Origin: Hemiscyllium ocellatum
Taxonomy: Eukaryota
NCBI RefSeq assembly: GCF_020745735.1
Contig: NW_026867481.1
Coordinates: 723,291 to 757,112 of the forward strand
Length of the DNA stretch: 33,822 bases
Direction of reading: 5' to 3'
Positions 10,436 to 22,010 of this stretch are shown in pieces (within the stretch, counting starts at the first letter, position 1; the number at the start of each line of letters is the position of its first letter). The translations under genes were made by a program, and so were the position numbers. The notes under the pieces are model-generated. The model saw nothing but the letters and a program-made list of their open reading frames with translations, was not told where the DNA came from and did no database searches.

Positions 10436-11129
10436 TATTCCCAACTGATCTCCAGAAGCTGAGACACTAATCACTCTCCGTAACATATCTGGAACTGAAG
10501 AAATTCAAACAGCCGGGGATGTGGTGTGTTTGATTAGCATTTATCACCCCGCCCATTTTCATTTTTTCGAACAACCACATGACAGGAAACAATGATCTTC
10601 AACAAATAATCATAGAGTGCCCTCCTGTGGCCAGCATCCAACCTTTGGTAAACACTCAGACAAAGTCATGAACAAGTGACAGATACATATCGACGCATTC
10701 ATGCACGCATGCATGCAGCCACAAATATAAAACAAGGCCAGAAAATCAAATGTGCTATGAAAATTTATAAGGTGGTAAACGAACCTTTCACCTGCGCAGT
10801 ATATCATTGTTAGTCAGTATCTCATGTTCAATGGATGTCTCCTTGGAAAAACTGAGTACTTCTTTAAATTGAATTCATTAGAGAGTTTCAGCCCCATCCC
10901 CACTCGCTCACGTTTGCGAGAGTCCCTTTATACTGTGCTCTATCAAATACCTTCCTGATGTGCAGGAAAACAATTTTAACATCGTGTCTGTTATTTTTGT
11001 ACGTTTGGACAAAGGATGCAACAGGTTCAGGAGCTGAGTGAACCTGGTGGAAGGCACTTGAGCATCATCTTCGTGGCCAGCAGAGCCCACAAAACTTTCG
11101 GACGTATTGAGAATCGACAAGACTCCAGC

Positions 11130-11390
11130 AGGGCATCCATTATCTTGCCCTTCGCAGTTTCATGCAGATTTCCACTACGGGTTAAACTATACCAGATGTT
11201 TCCTCCACGTGCGGGTTTCAGATGTTATTAATCTTTTGAACTCATATCCTGAACAACCGTCAGACGTTCTCTATTTGAACTTTTACAAGGCTCACGTAGA
11301 TGGGTTATTGATAAACAAGAGGTTGAAAGGTCCTAGAGGTTGAATTGGAATGCTAGGTCTGGTTACAATCAGAACGGTCATGATTTTATT
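11130..11390 (+). mobile_element. Decayed CR1 RT fragment, copy 2
   Basis: EQPSDVLYLNFYKAHVDGLLINKRLKGPRG in ORF 11107-11343; paralog of 1440-1700. Confidence 0.5.
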
Positions 11391-11469
11391 TAAAAGTGAA
11401 GCACAATCTAGGTGTTATGTAGTCTAATCCTGGTCCTTGTTCCAATGTTCCCTCATTCATATTACAAAC

Positions 11470-11700
11470 AGACACTGCCTAGTAATGCACCATGGTGTCA
11501 GACAGCCGGGGCGCCGAGTTCGTAAATCCGTACGTTGGGTAATATTCCCAATTTGACATTGATCTGATCCGTGGTGCAGTGTTCTTGGAATTTATACAGC
11601 AACACAGATAATGAACGCCCGATTGCAGGTCATTGGCAAAAGTGATTTCATGAGTACACACCCCACAACGTCCTAAAAATCTCTTCCTTCTGATTGACAG
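11470..11700 (-). pseudogene. V relic, family F copy 2
   Basis: ORF 11479-11712 ends FTNSAPRLSDTMVHY, then TAG where the Cys codon would be, then AVS. Confidence 0.5.
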
Positions 11701-12008
11701 ATTAATTCGCATGAAATAAATGTAAACTCTGATTGCTATAAATCTTTGTTGTTAGTTGTGAAGTAATTAATTTTGATAATGATAACGTCGGTTAGTCATC
11801 TTTAAATATTTTATATCACGTGATAAAGTAGCATAGCAGGTGATAAATGAAAGACAAAATGAATACATTAACACTAACCAAGCTTATGGTAGGCAATGGA
11901 CAGCCGATTCTAATTGCTCATTGTGAGATTTCGCACTTCTTAGCAATAATTGAATACAATGACGTTTATTATTGTGTAGGGATTCTGCTACATCTCGAAA
12001 GCACTGTG

Positions 12009-12305
12009 AGATACATACCACAGAATTAGACTGTAGAGTCAGAAGTAAGATGTTGATTGACAGTTTGGTCGTGTTGACAATGCTCTCAAACGTTGACGAG
12101 AAATGATCAGTGACGTTTGAATTCCTTTTTACATTCCTTCCTGGATAACGAATAACATTTCGTAGAGGTTGTCTAAGATGAAGACATTTGCAGTACATCT
12201 ACGTTTGATTGCAACTTTTTTTAATCTGCATGTTACTGCGACCGTTCTCCCAACTTGAACCACTATTTCAGGGACAGGCCGTTCCAAAGTTGCTTGATGG
12301 TTCCA
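12009..12305 (-). pseudogene. V pseudogene, family B copy 2
   Basis: Paralog of 2308-2608. Acceptor AA, frameshifts, stop before FC, heptamer CACAGTG at 12002-12008. Confidence 0.8.
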
Positions 12306-14069
12306 TTCAAAGCGAAAAACACGTCCAATAATCATCATGGTTGTCACCATTTACTACGTTCGTATCCAACCGGCAACAATACTTTTGTCACAACACTCGA
12401 AGAGAATGGATATATGTTGGAAAGGAGATACTTACTGGGAAATAATAAAATGATCAGGAGCAGAAAAAGAAGCTTCTACATATTGTGGTGGGATTCCACA
12501 GTGCAATCCAAATTGCCCATTGTCAGAACAAAAGTACATTCCCTCACCCACTTTATGTCTAATCCAACTAATGACAAACTAATTTGGTAACGTGTCTAGG
12601 CCGAGGTCAGCAAAGGGAAGCTGAGGAAGAGACTGGCAATGTTTTGCTGCTCTAGTATTAGTTGAGAGAATGTGCTATATGCGTGACTCTGGCGTCCTCT
12701 TGTGTTGTCTCTGTGCAAAGTATTCTGCACGACAAAGCATGAAGTATTGTTGAATATCGTTATCTGTAGAGTAACTGAGAGAAGATGTATGATATTTTTG
12801 GAGATTGTGGAAGCAACTGTGTTTTCTGCTCACTATTTTCAAAGATTTTATGCTTATTTCTCCAGTCACCTTTTCAGTGATCCTTTTGCATTCCCTCCTT
12901 GTTGGTGTGCCTTGCTTGTTTACCTTCGGATCCCTCAGTTTCTGATTCCTCAGTCTATTTATTTCAGGTTGAATCTAAATCTCTATTTTCTGCTTTCTTT
13001 TTCTTTCTCTCTATCTTTCAGCGACAGGATCTGTGCCCTTTCAAACCCCTGTGATTTTTATTTGTCGAGACAGTTGATGGCTTCAGGATGTACCGAAGAG
13101 AGTTGGCTGACAATGACCGTCACTTGATCATCTCTCAATCGGTTCCTTTCTTCATATACCCAAATGCATATTGCAATGTAAATCAAAATAAAATTCATGA
13201 TCTGAATTAGGTTTGTGCGATGAAAACTAAAAGGGTGATGCTCATGTTTCCTATAAGACTTACGTTTCATTCTTCCTCCTGTACAAATGTTTTCAGATTA
13301 GAATTTGCCACTACCTTAATTTAATCGAGTGAAAACATCAATCCACTGTCCTTTCTTTTTAGCCATGTGGAAATACGTTGGTAAGCACAACACAGCTTGC
13401 GGAAAATGATATTCTTAAGACACGTACTTCATTAAGTACGTATTTCATTCATTTCATTTTGTGCTTTATTTCTTGCTTTATTGTTCTCTAAAGAACGTGT
13501 AAAGTCCAAAGAGACAATTTGAGAACTCACTGAATGTAGAACTAAATTGATTTGAAACTAGTTTGAGATTCAGGTTAAGGTCAAACTGAGTTGACCGGCA
13601 GCTTTGCTGTTTAATGATCTGTCATAAGTAGTTTCAGTGAAATAATGCAGTTGTTGAAATGAGATTGAGGTTCTTTTTGTATGCACCATCACGAGTCAGT
13701 CTGAGTTTGCAGAGTGGTGACTCTGAGAAATTTCTATGTGGATGCAATTGGCAAAGATTTTCAGGTATCATTCTAAGTTAAAAGAATGCAAATTGAGATG
13801 GGAAAATATACGAATTATCAGGAAAAAACCCGACATCTCGCGTTCATTTTAAGGAAACATGAGTAACTGAACCCAATTTCTCCGGTCAATTCCTCAGTAT
13901 AGAGTTGATTTGCATCTCAAAGCTCACTCATTAATTCTGAGCTGATGGGAGTAGTCACGTACATACATGCTATGCTTGAAATTAATTTGTAAAGTGCTGG
14001 CAATCAATGTACATCTTTTCACAGTCTTTTAGCTATTCAGCTTATTCTGTTCCAACCCGGTATCTTTCA

Positions 14070-14526
14070 TTAATTGCATGGAATTTTGGAGACGACTTTG
14101 GTTTTGTCCATGGGTTGCACGGGGTCTTTTAAGTTTGAAAGGTTTTGTTTGAGAGTGTTGGTGGGTTTGTGTGCTACTAGGATTCGGGGGGGTGTTAGTA
14201 GTCTGGTTATCATTTCTGAAACTTCTTTGAGGTATGGTAAGGTGGTTAGGGTTTCTGGCTGTGTTTGGTCTGCTTGTCGTGGTTTGTTCTTGAGAAATCA
14301 AACAAACACATAGATCTAGATACCATCTATCAACACCACAGAAAACGAACAGGACATGACATCACTACAAACCCCAGGAACCCCATCCAGGACAAACATA
14401 TAAATAGAAAGCAGGAGACAACAGCTTCGCTTCATTTGAAGTTCGCCACTGATGATGCTACCTAGCCAGGTAATGAAACGTCTGGATATCAAACCTACAG
14501 TTCAGCGAGCAAACCAACACCCTAAA
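14070..14526. mobile_element. Penelope-like fragment with internal inversion, copy 2
   Basis: Same inverted arrangement as copy 1, junction at ~14297-14299. Hammerhead boxes CTGATGA (14449-14455) and GAAACGTC (14475-14482). Confidence 0.8.
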
Positions 14527-14921
14527 GTAATATTCCACATGAGAAGGATTACAGATCTATAATTTTAAATGAACAAACGTAAGTGACACAGAACAGACCA
14601 ATTATGATTTGAAGAGATGTGTTCAGCCAGAGAACAGGTAGAAATGTCCTGGTCTTCCCGACAAGAAGTACTTGGTGGAAGTAGCAGTGATTTATTTGAA
14701 AGGAAACCAGATGAATTGCAGATGAAACGGATGAAATGGTTGCTGATAGCATGAGGGGAAGGTATAAGAAAGATGCCAGTGTTTAAACATGGACATGGGA
14801 CTGACGAGAGAATGAGTTTTTTTTGTGCTCTTGGTTCTATTTTAAGGAAGTGCTGCGAATTTGGTTTAGGTCACTAGAACATTAAGGACCGATTTCTGCT
14901 TTCTCTCACCTTTTGTTCCAG

Positions 14922-15211
14922 ATTTGAACGAAGCAGATTCTGTAACCCAGCGGCAGATCTCGCTCACACAGATAGAGGGATAAGAAATCTCTTTAAACTG
15001 CACTTACTGGTATTGACTATTACTTGTTCTAGTACCCAGGCAGATGGCGCGAGTTTACAATCCAGAGGCACACGAGCAGTGTTGCTGAAAAGGTGGCGGT
15101 TATCGCTCGGAACTGCTTTTCTGATACAATCCAGCAGACAGAGACGTTCTGATTCACCATCTCAAAGCTGGTGCTGTCTAACACCACGGTTTATTACTGT
15201 GCAACGAGCCT
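14922..15211 (+). pseudogene. Inverted V pseudogene, family C copy 2
   Basis: Intact ttccAG acceptor; DSVTQRQISLTQIEG*EISLNCTY..KLVLSNTTVYYCATS. Shares the FR1 TAA stop with copy 1; heptamer CACACTG (15212-15218). Confidence 0.85.
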
Positions 15212-15689
15212 CACACTGTTGGGAATGAGTGAGTCTTATGCATTGTCTACTGCAGTCTCTGTGGAACAGCTGTTAAATGTTGAGGACTGTTTATCACAGT
15301 GGTTACATCGTGACACTTAGTTACATTCCTATGAAGTAATGCTTGGCGACAATCTGTTGAAAAACACTCCAATATCGCTCATACGGAATAATAATTTTGA
15401 TTATTGAACTGAATATGGGACGGTCCTAATTAGTTCCTGTGTGTTTGGGGAGCTGTGGATTTCACTGTTCACTTTCACTGAGAATGCAATCTCTGAGACT
15501 GGCTTGTCACGCACTGTATTCATTGAATCTCCGATGGTGAAAGACTGGAATGTGATCTATCAAATGTAGGAAGTACCAGGATGTCGTATGGACACAGTCG
15601 GCCAGGTGAGGAGATTCTGAATCATCAGGCGAACCTGATCGGGCATATCTCAATATTGAAGTACACATTTTAAAGATTGAAAACTCACA

Positions 15690-16232
15690 ATTATATGTAT
15701 TAGAAAGTGAAGATTTTCGGGATGCGATGCGAAGGTAAGGAGCGAAAGTATTAGCAGGAAAGATTTACAAGGATATCCCGAGTACTGATGAATGTGAGGT
15801 ACAAAGAGAGGCTGGATAGGCTGATACACTTTTCCCCTGGAAGGTAGATGGCGGAAAGGCGAACATTTAAAGGTTTGTAAAATAATGAGGGACGTGAATA
15901 AGCTGAAAAGCAAACTTCTTTTCCCCTGGGTAGACGAGTTAACCCGGCAGTACATATTTTTAAGCTGAGAGAGGAAAGATTTGAGGGGACGTGTGAGGCA
16001 GTGTTTTCATACAAAGGTTGATGTGTATATGGAATTAATAGTCAAAAAAGTGGTAGGTGCAGGTGCAATCACAAAATCTCAAAGACATTTAGGCAGCCAC
16101 ATGAATAGGAAAGATTTCGAAGGGTATGGACCAAATTCTGATGAACGTGAATACATCAGTTTCGGAAATTTGTTTGGTTATGGACGACTTGGACCGAATG
16201 ACTTGTATCTTAGCTGCATAACTTCATGACTG
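15690..16232 (+). mobile_element. CR1 LINE 3' fragment, copy 2
   Basis: Paralog of 6000-6530. Confidence 0.75.
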
Positions 16233-16809
16233 ATCTGTAAGAATAGGCATTCTGTGTTCTTGAAGTATTTGGTTAGAAAATCGACTGAATCAAAACATCT
16301 CATTGAAAAAAAAGATGAAAGTATTCATGTTATCGAATATCAGTAGAGGTTTTAGAAATTTGAACTCATTAGTTAAGGCGTCTTATGAGCAAAATGTTTT
16401 TTTTTAATCCGTCCCATGATGCAATCCTGCTGCTTTGAAATATTCATTGCTGATTGAAAAACAAAATCAGGTCATATGTTTTGGGAAACTCTCTTGTCGC
16501 AAAGGTTTTAACCTATATAACCAGAAAGGAGACATTCCCTTATCACCACCATGGATTGTCAGAATGTATTCGATAAAAGAGGCAGAGGAAACTTTCCTCA
16601 ATGGTGGACTTTTTACGCTGAGATGATGAAATATTTGGATATATTTTAATTTTGGTGTTTTGTTAGAATAATATTTTGGAAGTAAATGTTTCTCTGCAAC
16701 CTAATGCCGACACTCGTTTCCTTCTCTCTGCGCACCCACCATTCAGTGCAGCTTCGTTGCATTGTGGCAGAGTTTTTGTACGACACTCCCTCTGGGTACT
16801 GTCACTGCG

Positions 16810-17343
16810 TCTTTCAGTCCGCAGTAATACACCGCGCTGTCAGACAGTTGCAGCTCACCAATGGTGAAATTGCCTTCGCTGTTCGAAGTGTCCAGAGACG
16901 ATAAAAATCGAGTCCCCGCTCCGTCTGCACTTAAAGGATCTCCATAGTTAAGGATGAAATTTAAGAGCGTGAGAGCTTTTCCGTGGTACTGACGATACAG
17001 CTGTAAGGAATATGACGTCGATTTGGTCGAGTATCTGAAATTAATGGTCACTGAGTTTCCTTCGAATACTTTTGTTGCAGTCAGCTCTTGTGAAATCCAA
17101 TCTGCACAATTAACACCTGAAACAAAATTGAAAAGAAACAAAAATTAAGCTTCACATTCACGTTTTAACCAAATAATGTCAACAAGATGCGAAAATACAT
17201 CGCACATAGAGAGGAAACAGTAGTTACATGGAAGGTCACCATGTATTGACATTGTCAATTATCAGCAATATTTTCAACTTCTTGTACATACCAGTTAAGA
17301 ATGCAGCACATGTCATCAATTCATAAAATGTAACAAGCAACAT
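16810..17343 (-). CDS. Open-frame atypical TCR V segment, family D copy 2 (leader 17292-17343, V exon 16810-17116), RSS heptamer defective
   Basis: Leader MLLVTFYELMTCAAFLT, GT/AG sites, no stops, same Cys-to-Phe and Trp-to-Leu changes as copy 1. Heptamer CGCAGTG (16803-16809), 23-nt spacer, ACAAAAACT (16771-16779). Confidence 0.75.
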
Positions 17344-18101
17344 GTTTACCAAACAAATGGTGAGTTTGAACAGTGGGAACTGGAACTGAATTATCTCTGC
17401 TCTGTGGGGGTATTGAACACTCCGAAATGAAGTTAAGAGACTTTAACAGTTGATATTCTGTCATATCCGGTTTTACTACCGACTGGTTCTGCCACATAAG
17501 CGTCGCCAGGCAGCATCCAATAAGCTCAAGGCATTTCGGTCTCCTGTCTTAATGTCAGAGAACTATTCAGCAAGATTTCGAATGTGCTCCACAACTTAAT
17601 TAGACCATGATTCGCCACCAAGCATTCATTGCGCAGCACAACTCCCAAATACATATTTTTCCTCGAAGACACACTAACCTATCAAAATCATTGGCAAAGA
17701 AATTCAAAGACAGTGCAATGGCTCCTCTTCTGATGTACTGAATATAAGTAAAATAGGTATTTAATCTAATTATGGGCCTTTTACCGGAGACAGTCTTAAA
17801 TCTCAATCATTGAAGTGTGATAGCTTATCGTAACAGTGCCCTAGCTCGCCATTAAGAGTGTTGCGTGCCAAGTACGAACAACACTTAAAACCAAACTAAG
17901 AAGGGATTTAGGACAGAACACAAAAATGAAGTTCAGAAGGAAATCATTCACAATAGCTGACCTTTGTAGTTTGCATTTGAATGTATTAAGAGCTGACAAT
18001 AGTGCTCATAGATGTGTCTGTGTGTGTGCATTGGGGGTGGGTAGAGTATGATTGCTTTGTCGGTTTTTTTTCCAGAGTTCCAGTGACATTCTATCAGTGT
18101 A

Positions 18102-18539
18102 TGGTCAGCACACAGTAATATACAGCAGCGTAAGAGACACGAGCAGAAGCGATCTTTAAAGAAAATGCTTTGTTTTTTTTTCAAGAGTAGCAGAAATCCT
18201 GTGTGAGGAATGTGGAGACCGAACGCCCTGTTCCACGTCGAATCTTCTCAGTAAATACCTCGGAGTTTCGAAAGGAAACTGAATGGACAATTTGGCTGAT
18301 GATGTACTGTATTATGTTGGGTAAAGATATTTCAGAACCTAGTCTGACCTTCCTGAAACGTTAGTTTAAGTAGATTCCAGGAATGTGAATCCATGCAACA
18401 CCTTCCTCTTAAAAAAAAGCATAAGGTGTCAAACATCAGTCATGCACTGATGAAATGCACTTTGACTTAATTAACTCAGAATAACCAGTTAGCACAGCCA
18501 TTATCATCAGCAGTAAGACATATACGGAATACGTGGCAT
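18102..18539 (-). pseudogene. V pseudogene, family E copy 2
   Basis: ..FETPRYLLRRFDVEQGVRSPHSSHRISATL..LKIASARVSYAAVYYCVLT with stops and frameshifts. Heptamer TACACTG (18095-18101), nonamer eroded. Leader-like exon 18486-18539. Confidence 0.8.
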
Positions 18540-19693
18540 AATGCTCGACAGTAAACCATTCACTTCTTGATTTATTTTGACGTGTCTGAACCCAGATCAA
18601 AAATAGGCTTCAATTCCGAGGCAATAGAGGATTCTTTTCCTTGTTCCGATTGACTGTTGTTTCTTACCTCAACAATAGATGACTCATAGTTAGTTCATGG
18701 TTAATTGCAGTTGAATGTCTCCAATCATTTATCTGATATCGTTATGGTTTTGTCACCCACTTGCTCTGTCTCAAACTTTCAGACATTATGTTTCTTTCTT
18801 GGTTTATTTCAATTTTATTTCAAGCTTTATGGCTATGTATTGAAGGAATCAAATAGCTCTCTGTAGGTAAACTGAAACGTGAAGTAATGCAACAGTTATT
18901 AAATACTCAGGTCTAAGTCATCCTCTGCAGCAATGGTGCTCAATTAATCATTACAGTGAAAAGACCAGGAAGGAAATAAAAAATCATCATCCACCTCCAA
19001 ACTGTGGAGTCTTACACTTGGAGCCACCTTGCTGTGAAAAGTTCATAACTTCTACCAGTCTCTATTGTGACTTCAGAGGTTTGAAACACAACGTCCCTAG
19101 TCATGCTTTTGAATTACATCACTTTTTTTGGACGGAGCAGGATCCAGACGTTTTAGAAATTAAAAAAAACTTACTCAAACCTAAGTTCTATACAAGTCGG
19201 AAAGGCGCAGCAGGATATCATTCATCCCTTTGACCCCGCTTCACCATTTCAGAATATCACAGCTGCTCTGATTGTGGCCTCAGCTCTTCTTCCATGTCTC
19301 GTCCCAGAATACATTTCTCCCTCGTAATTCAATTTTCTGTGTAATTCCACCTTGAATACATTCAATGGCCCAAACAGCACTTTTATGACAAATATGAATT
19401 CCAAAGAGAAACGACGATCTAAGGGAGAAGTAAAACATGTCATCATCTCCATTTAAGTGACAGTGTGGAAATTTTAAAAGGTTTCCCGCATAGTTCCATT
19501 GTCGCCAAGAAGTAATTTAATCTACTCAACGTCCAAAGGTTGTTAATCACTTAGGATATTTCATGTTCTACACTAAACACCGCCTATGAATCTCACTGTT
19601 TTCCAATGCGTTTGTACTTTTCTCTCCTGATGCCCTTGATTGTCAACCTGACACAGTTTTTGTGCAGGTGACTAGGCACTTCCATTCACTGTG

Positions 19694-20174
19694 GGTCGAA
19701 ATGCACAGTAATACACGGCACTGTCTGTCAGCTTCAAGTTTTTCACTGATAAGTGGAAAGTGCCTTTGTCCCGGTTGAGTTTCGCATGGAAGCGTTCAAA
19801 GCCGTGAGCCGTCTCATTATATCCAAAATTATCGGCTCTGAGCAGATATCGAGGAGCTTCCTGTGAATACTGGGAGTACCAGAACATGCTGTAGCTTGCA
19901 GTTGCAGCAGATACCGAGTAATTACAGGTTATTGCTGAGTCTTCACCCGTTAATGCTTCGACTCGTTGTTGTGACTGGAACACTGAGTCTGCATGACTCA
20001 ACTCTGAAATTAAAAAGCGACACGCAGTGGGTTAGAGACAGAATGGGAAAGGGCTAATCCCCTGTAGATTGAATTTGAAAATACAATGGGTATTTGGGCA
20101 TGTCGCCTGTAGATTCACCTGAACAAACCTGTGAATAAAAGAATACCCAGAATCAGGCAGAGTTTTAATCCCAT
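19694..20174 (-). CDS. TRAV: TCR alpha/delta-type V segment, family A copy 3, apparently functional (leader 20129-20174, V exon 19694-20003)
   Basis: Leader MGLKLCLILGILLFT, GT/AG sites, intact V exon. RSS CACAGTG (19687-19693), 23-nt spacer, ACAAAAACT (19655-19663). Confidence 0.92.
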
Positions 20175-20889
20175 TATTCCCAGCTGAACTACAGAAGCTG
20201 AGACACTAATGACTCTCCGTACCATACCTGGAACTGAAGAAATTCAAACAGCCGGGGATGTGGTGTGTTTGATTAGCTTTTTTCACCCCGCCCATTTTCA
20301 TTTTTCTGGAACAACCACATGACGGGAAATAATGATCTTCAACAAATAATCATAGAGTGCCCTCCTGTGTCCAGCAGCCAACTTTGATAAACACTCAGAC
20401 AAAGTCATGACCAAGTGACAGTTACATATCGACTCGTTCCTGCACGCATGCATGCAGCCACAAGTATAAAACAAGACACAAAAATCAAATGTGCTATGAA
20501 ATTTTAATAAAGTGGTAAACGAACCTTTCACCTGAGCAGTATATCATTGTTAGTCAGTATCTCAGATTCAATGAATGTCTCCTTCGAAAAACTGAGTACT
20601 TCCTTCAAATTGAATTAATCAGAGAGTTTCAGCCCCATCCCCACTCGCTCACGTTTTCGCGAGTCCCTTTGTACCATATTTTATCAAATACCGTCCTGAT
20701 GTGCGGGAAAACAATTTTCATACCGTGTCTAATATTTTTGTACGTTTGGACAAAGGATGCAATAGGTTCAGGAGCCGAGTGGACCTGGTGGAAAGCACTT
20801 GAGCATCATTCTCGTGGCCAGCAGAGCCTACAAGACTTTAGGATGTATTGAGAATCGACAAGACACCGGCAGGGCATCCATTATCTTGC

Positions 20890-21130
20890 CCTTCGCAGTT
20901 TCATGCAGATTTCCACTACGGGTTAAACTATACCAGATGTTTCCTCCACGTGCGGGTTTCAGGTGTTATTAATCTTTTGAACTCACATCCTGAACAACCG
21001 TCAGACGTTGTCTATTTGAACTTTTACAAGGCTCAAGTAGATGGGTTATTGATAAACAAGAGGGTGAAAGGTCTTAGAGGTTAAATTGGAATGCTAGGTC
21101 TGGTTACAATCAGAACGGTCATGATTTTAT
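20890..21130 (+). mobile_element. Decayed CR1 RT fragment, copy 3
   Basis: EQPSDVVYLNFYKAQVDGLLINKRVKGLRG in ORF 20848-21084. Confidence 0.5.
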
Positions 21131-21209
21131 TTAAAAGTGAAGCACAATCTACGTGTTACGTAGTCTAATCCTGGTCCTTGTTCCAATGTTCCCTCATTCA
21201 TATTACAAA

Positions 21210-21440
21210 CAGACACTGCATAGTAATGCACCATGGTGTCAGACAGCCGGGGCACCGAGTTTGTAAATCAGTACATTGGGTAATATTCCCAATTTGACAT
21301 TGGTCTGATCCGTGGTGCAGTGTTCTTGGAATTTAAACTGCAACACAGATAATGAACGCCCGATTGCAGGTCACGGCAAAAGTGATTTAATGAGGACACA
21401 CCCCAGAGCGTCCTAAAAATCTATTCCTTCTGATTGACCA
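21210..21440 (-). pseudogene. V relic, family F copy 3
   Basis: FTNSVPRLSDTMVHYYAV on the minus strand; paralog of 1770-1990. Confidence 0.45.
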
Positions 21441-21710
21441 GTTAATTCGCATTGTTAGTTGCGAAGTAATTAATTTTGATAATGATAACGTCGGTTAGTC
21501 ATCTATGAAGATTTTATATCACATGATACAGTAGCATAGCAGGTGATAAATGAAAGACAAAATGAATATTTTAGCACTTACCAAGCTTATGGTAGGCAAT
21601 GGACAGCCGTTCTAATTGCTCGTTGTGAGATCTCGCACTTCTAAGCAATAATTGAATACAATGGCGTTTATTTTTGTCTAGGGATTCTGCTACATCTCTA
21701 AAGCACTGTG

Positions 21711-22010
21711 AGATACATAGCACAGAATTAGACTGTAGAGTCAGAAGTAATAGTGCTGTTAATTGTCAGTTGGTCGTGTTGACAATGCTCTCAAACGTTG
21801 ACGAGAAATATTCAGTGACGTTTGGATTCCTTTTTACGTTCCTTCCTATATAACGAATAAACTTCCATAGATGTTGTCTAAGATGAAGACATTTGCAGTA
21901 CATCTACGTTTGCTTGCAACTTTTTTTAAGCTGCAGGTTACTGCGACCGTTCTTCCATCTTGAACCACTATTTCAGGGACCAGCCGTTCCAAAGTTGCTT
22001 GATGGTTCCA
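21711..22010 (-). pseudogene. V pseudogene, family B copy 3
   Basis: Intact tttcAG acceptor at 22011-22013; ATLERLVPEIVVQDGRTVAVTC then frameshift and stop; heptamer CACAGTG (21704-21710). Confidence 0.8.
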
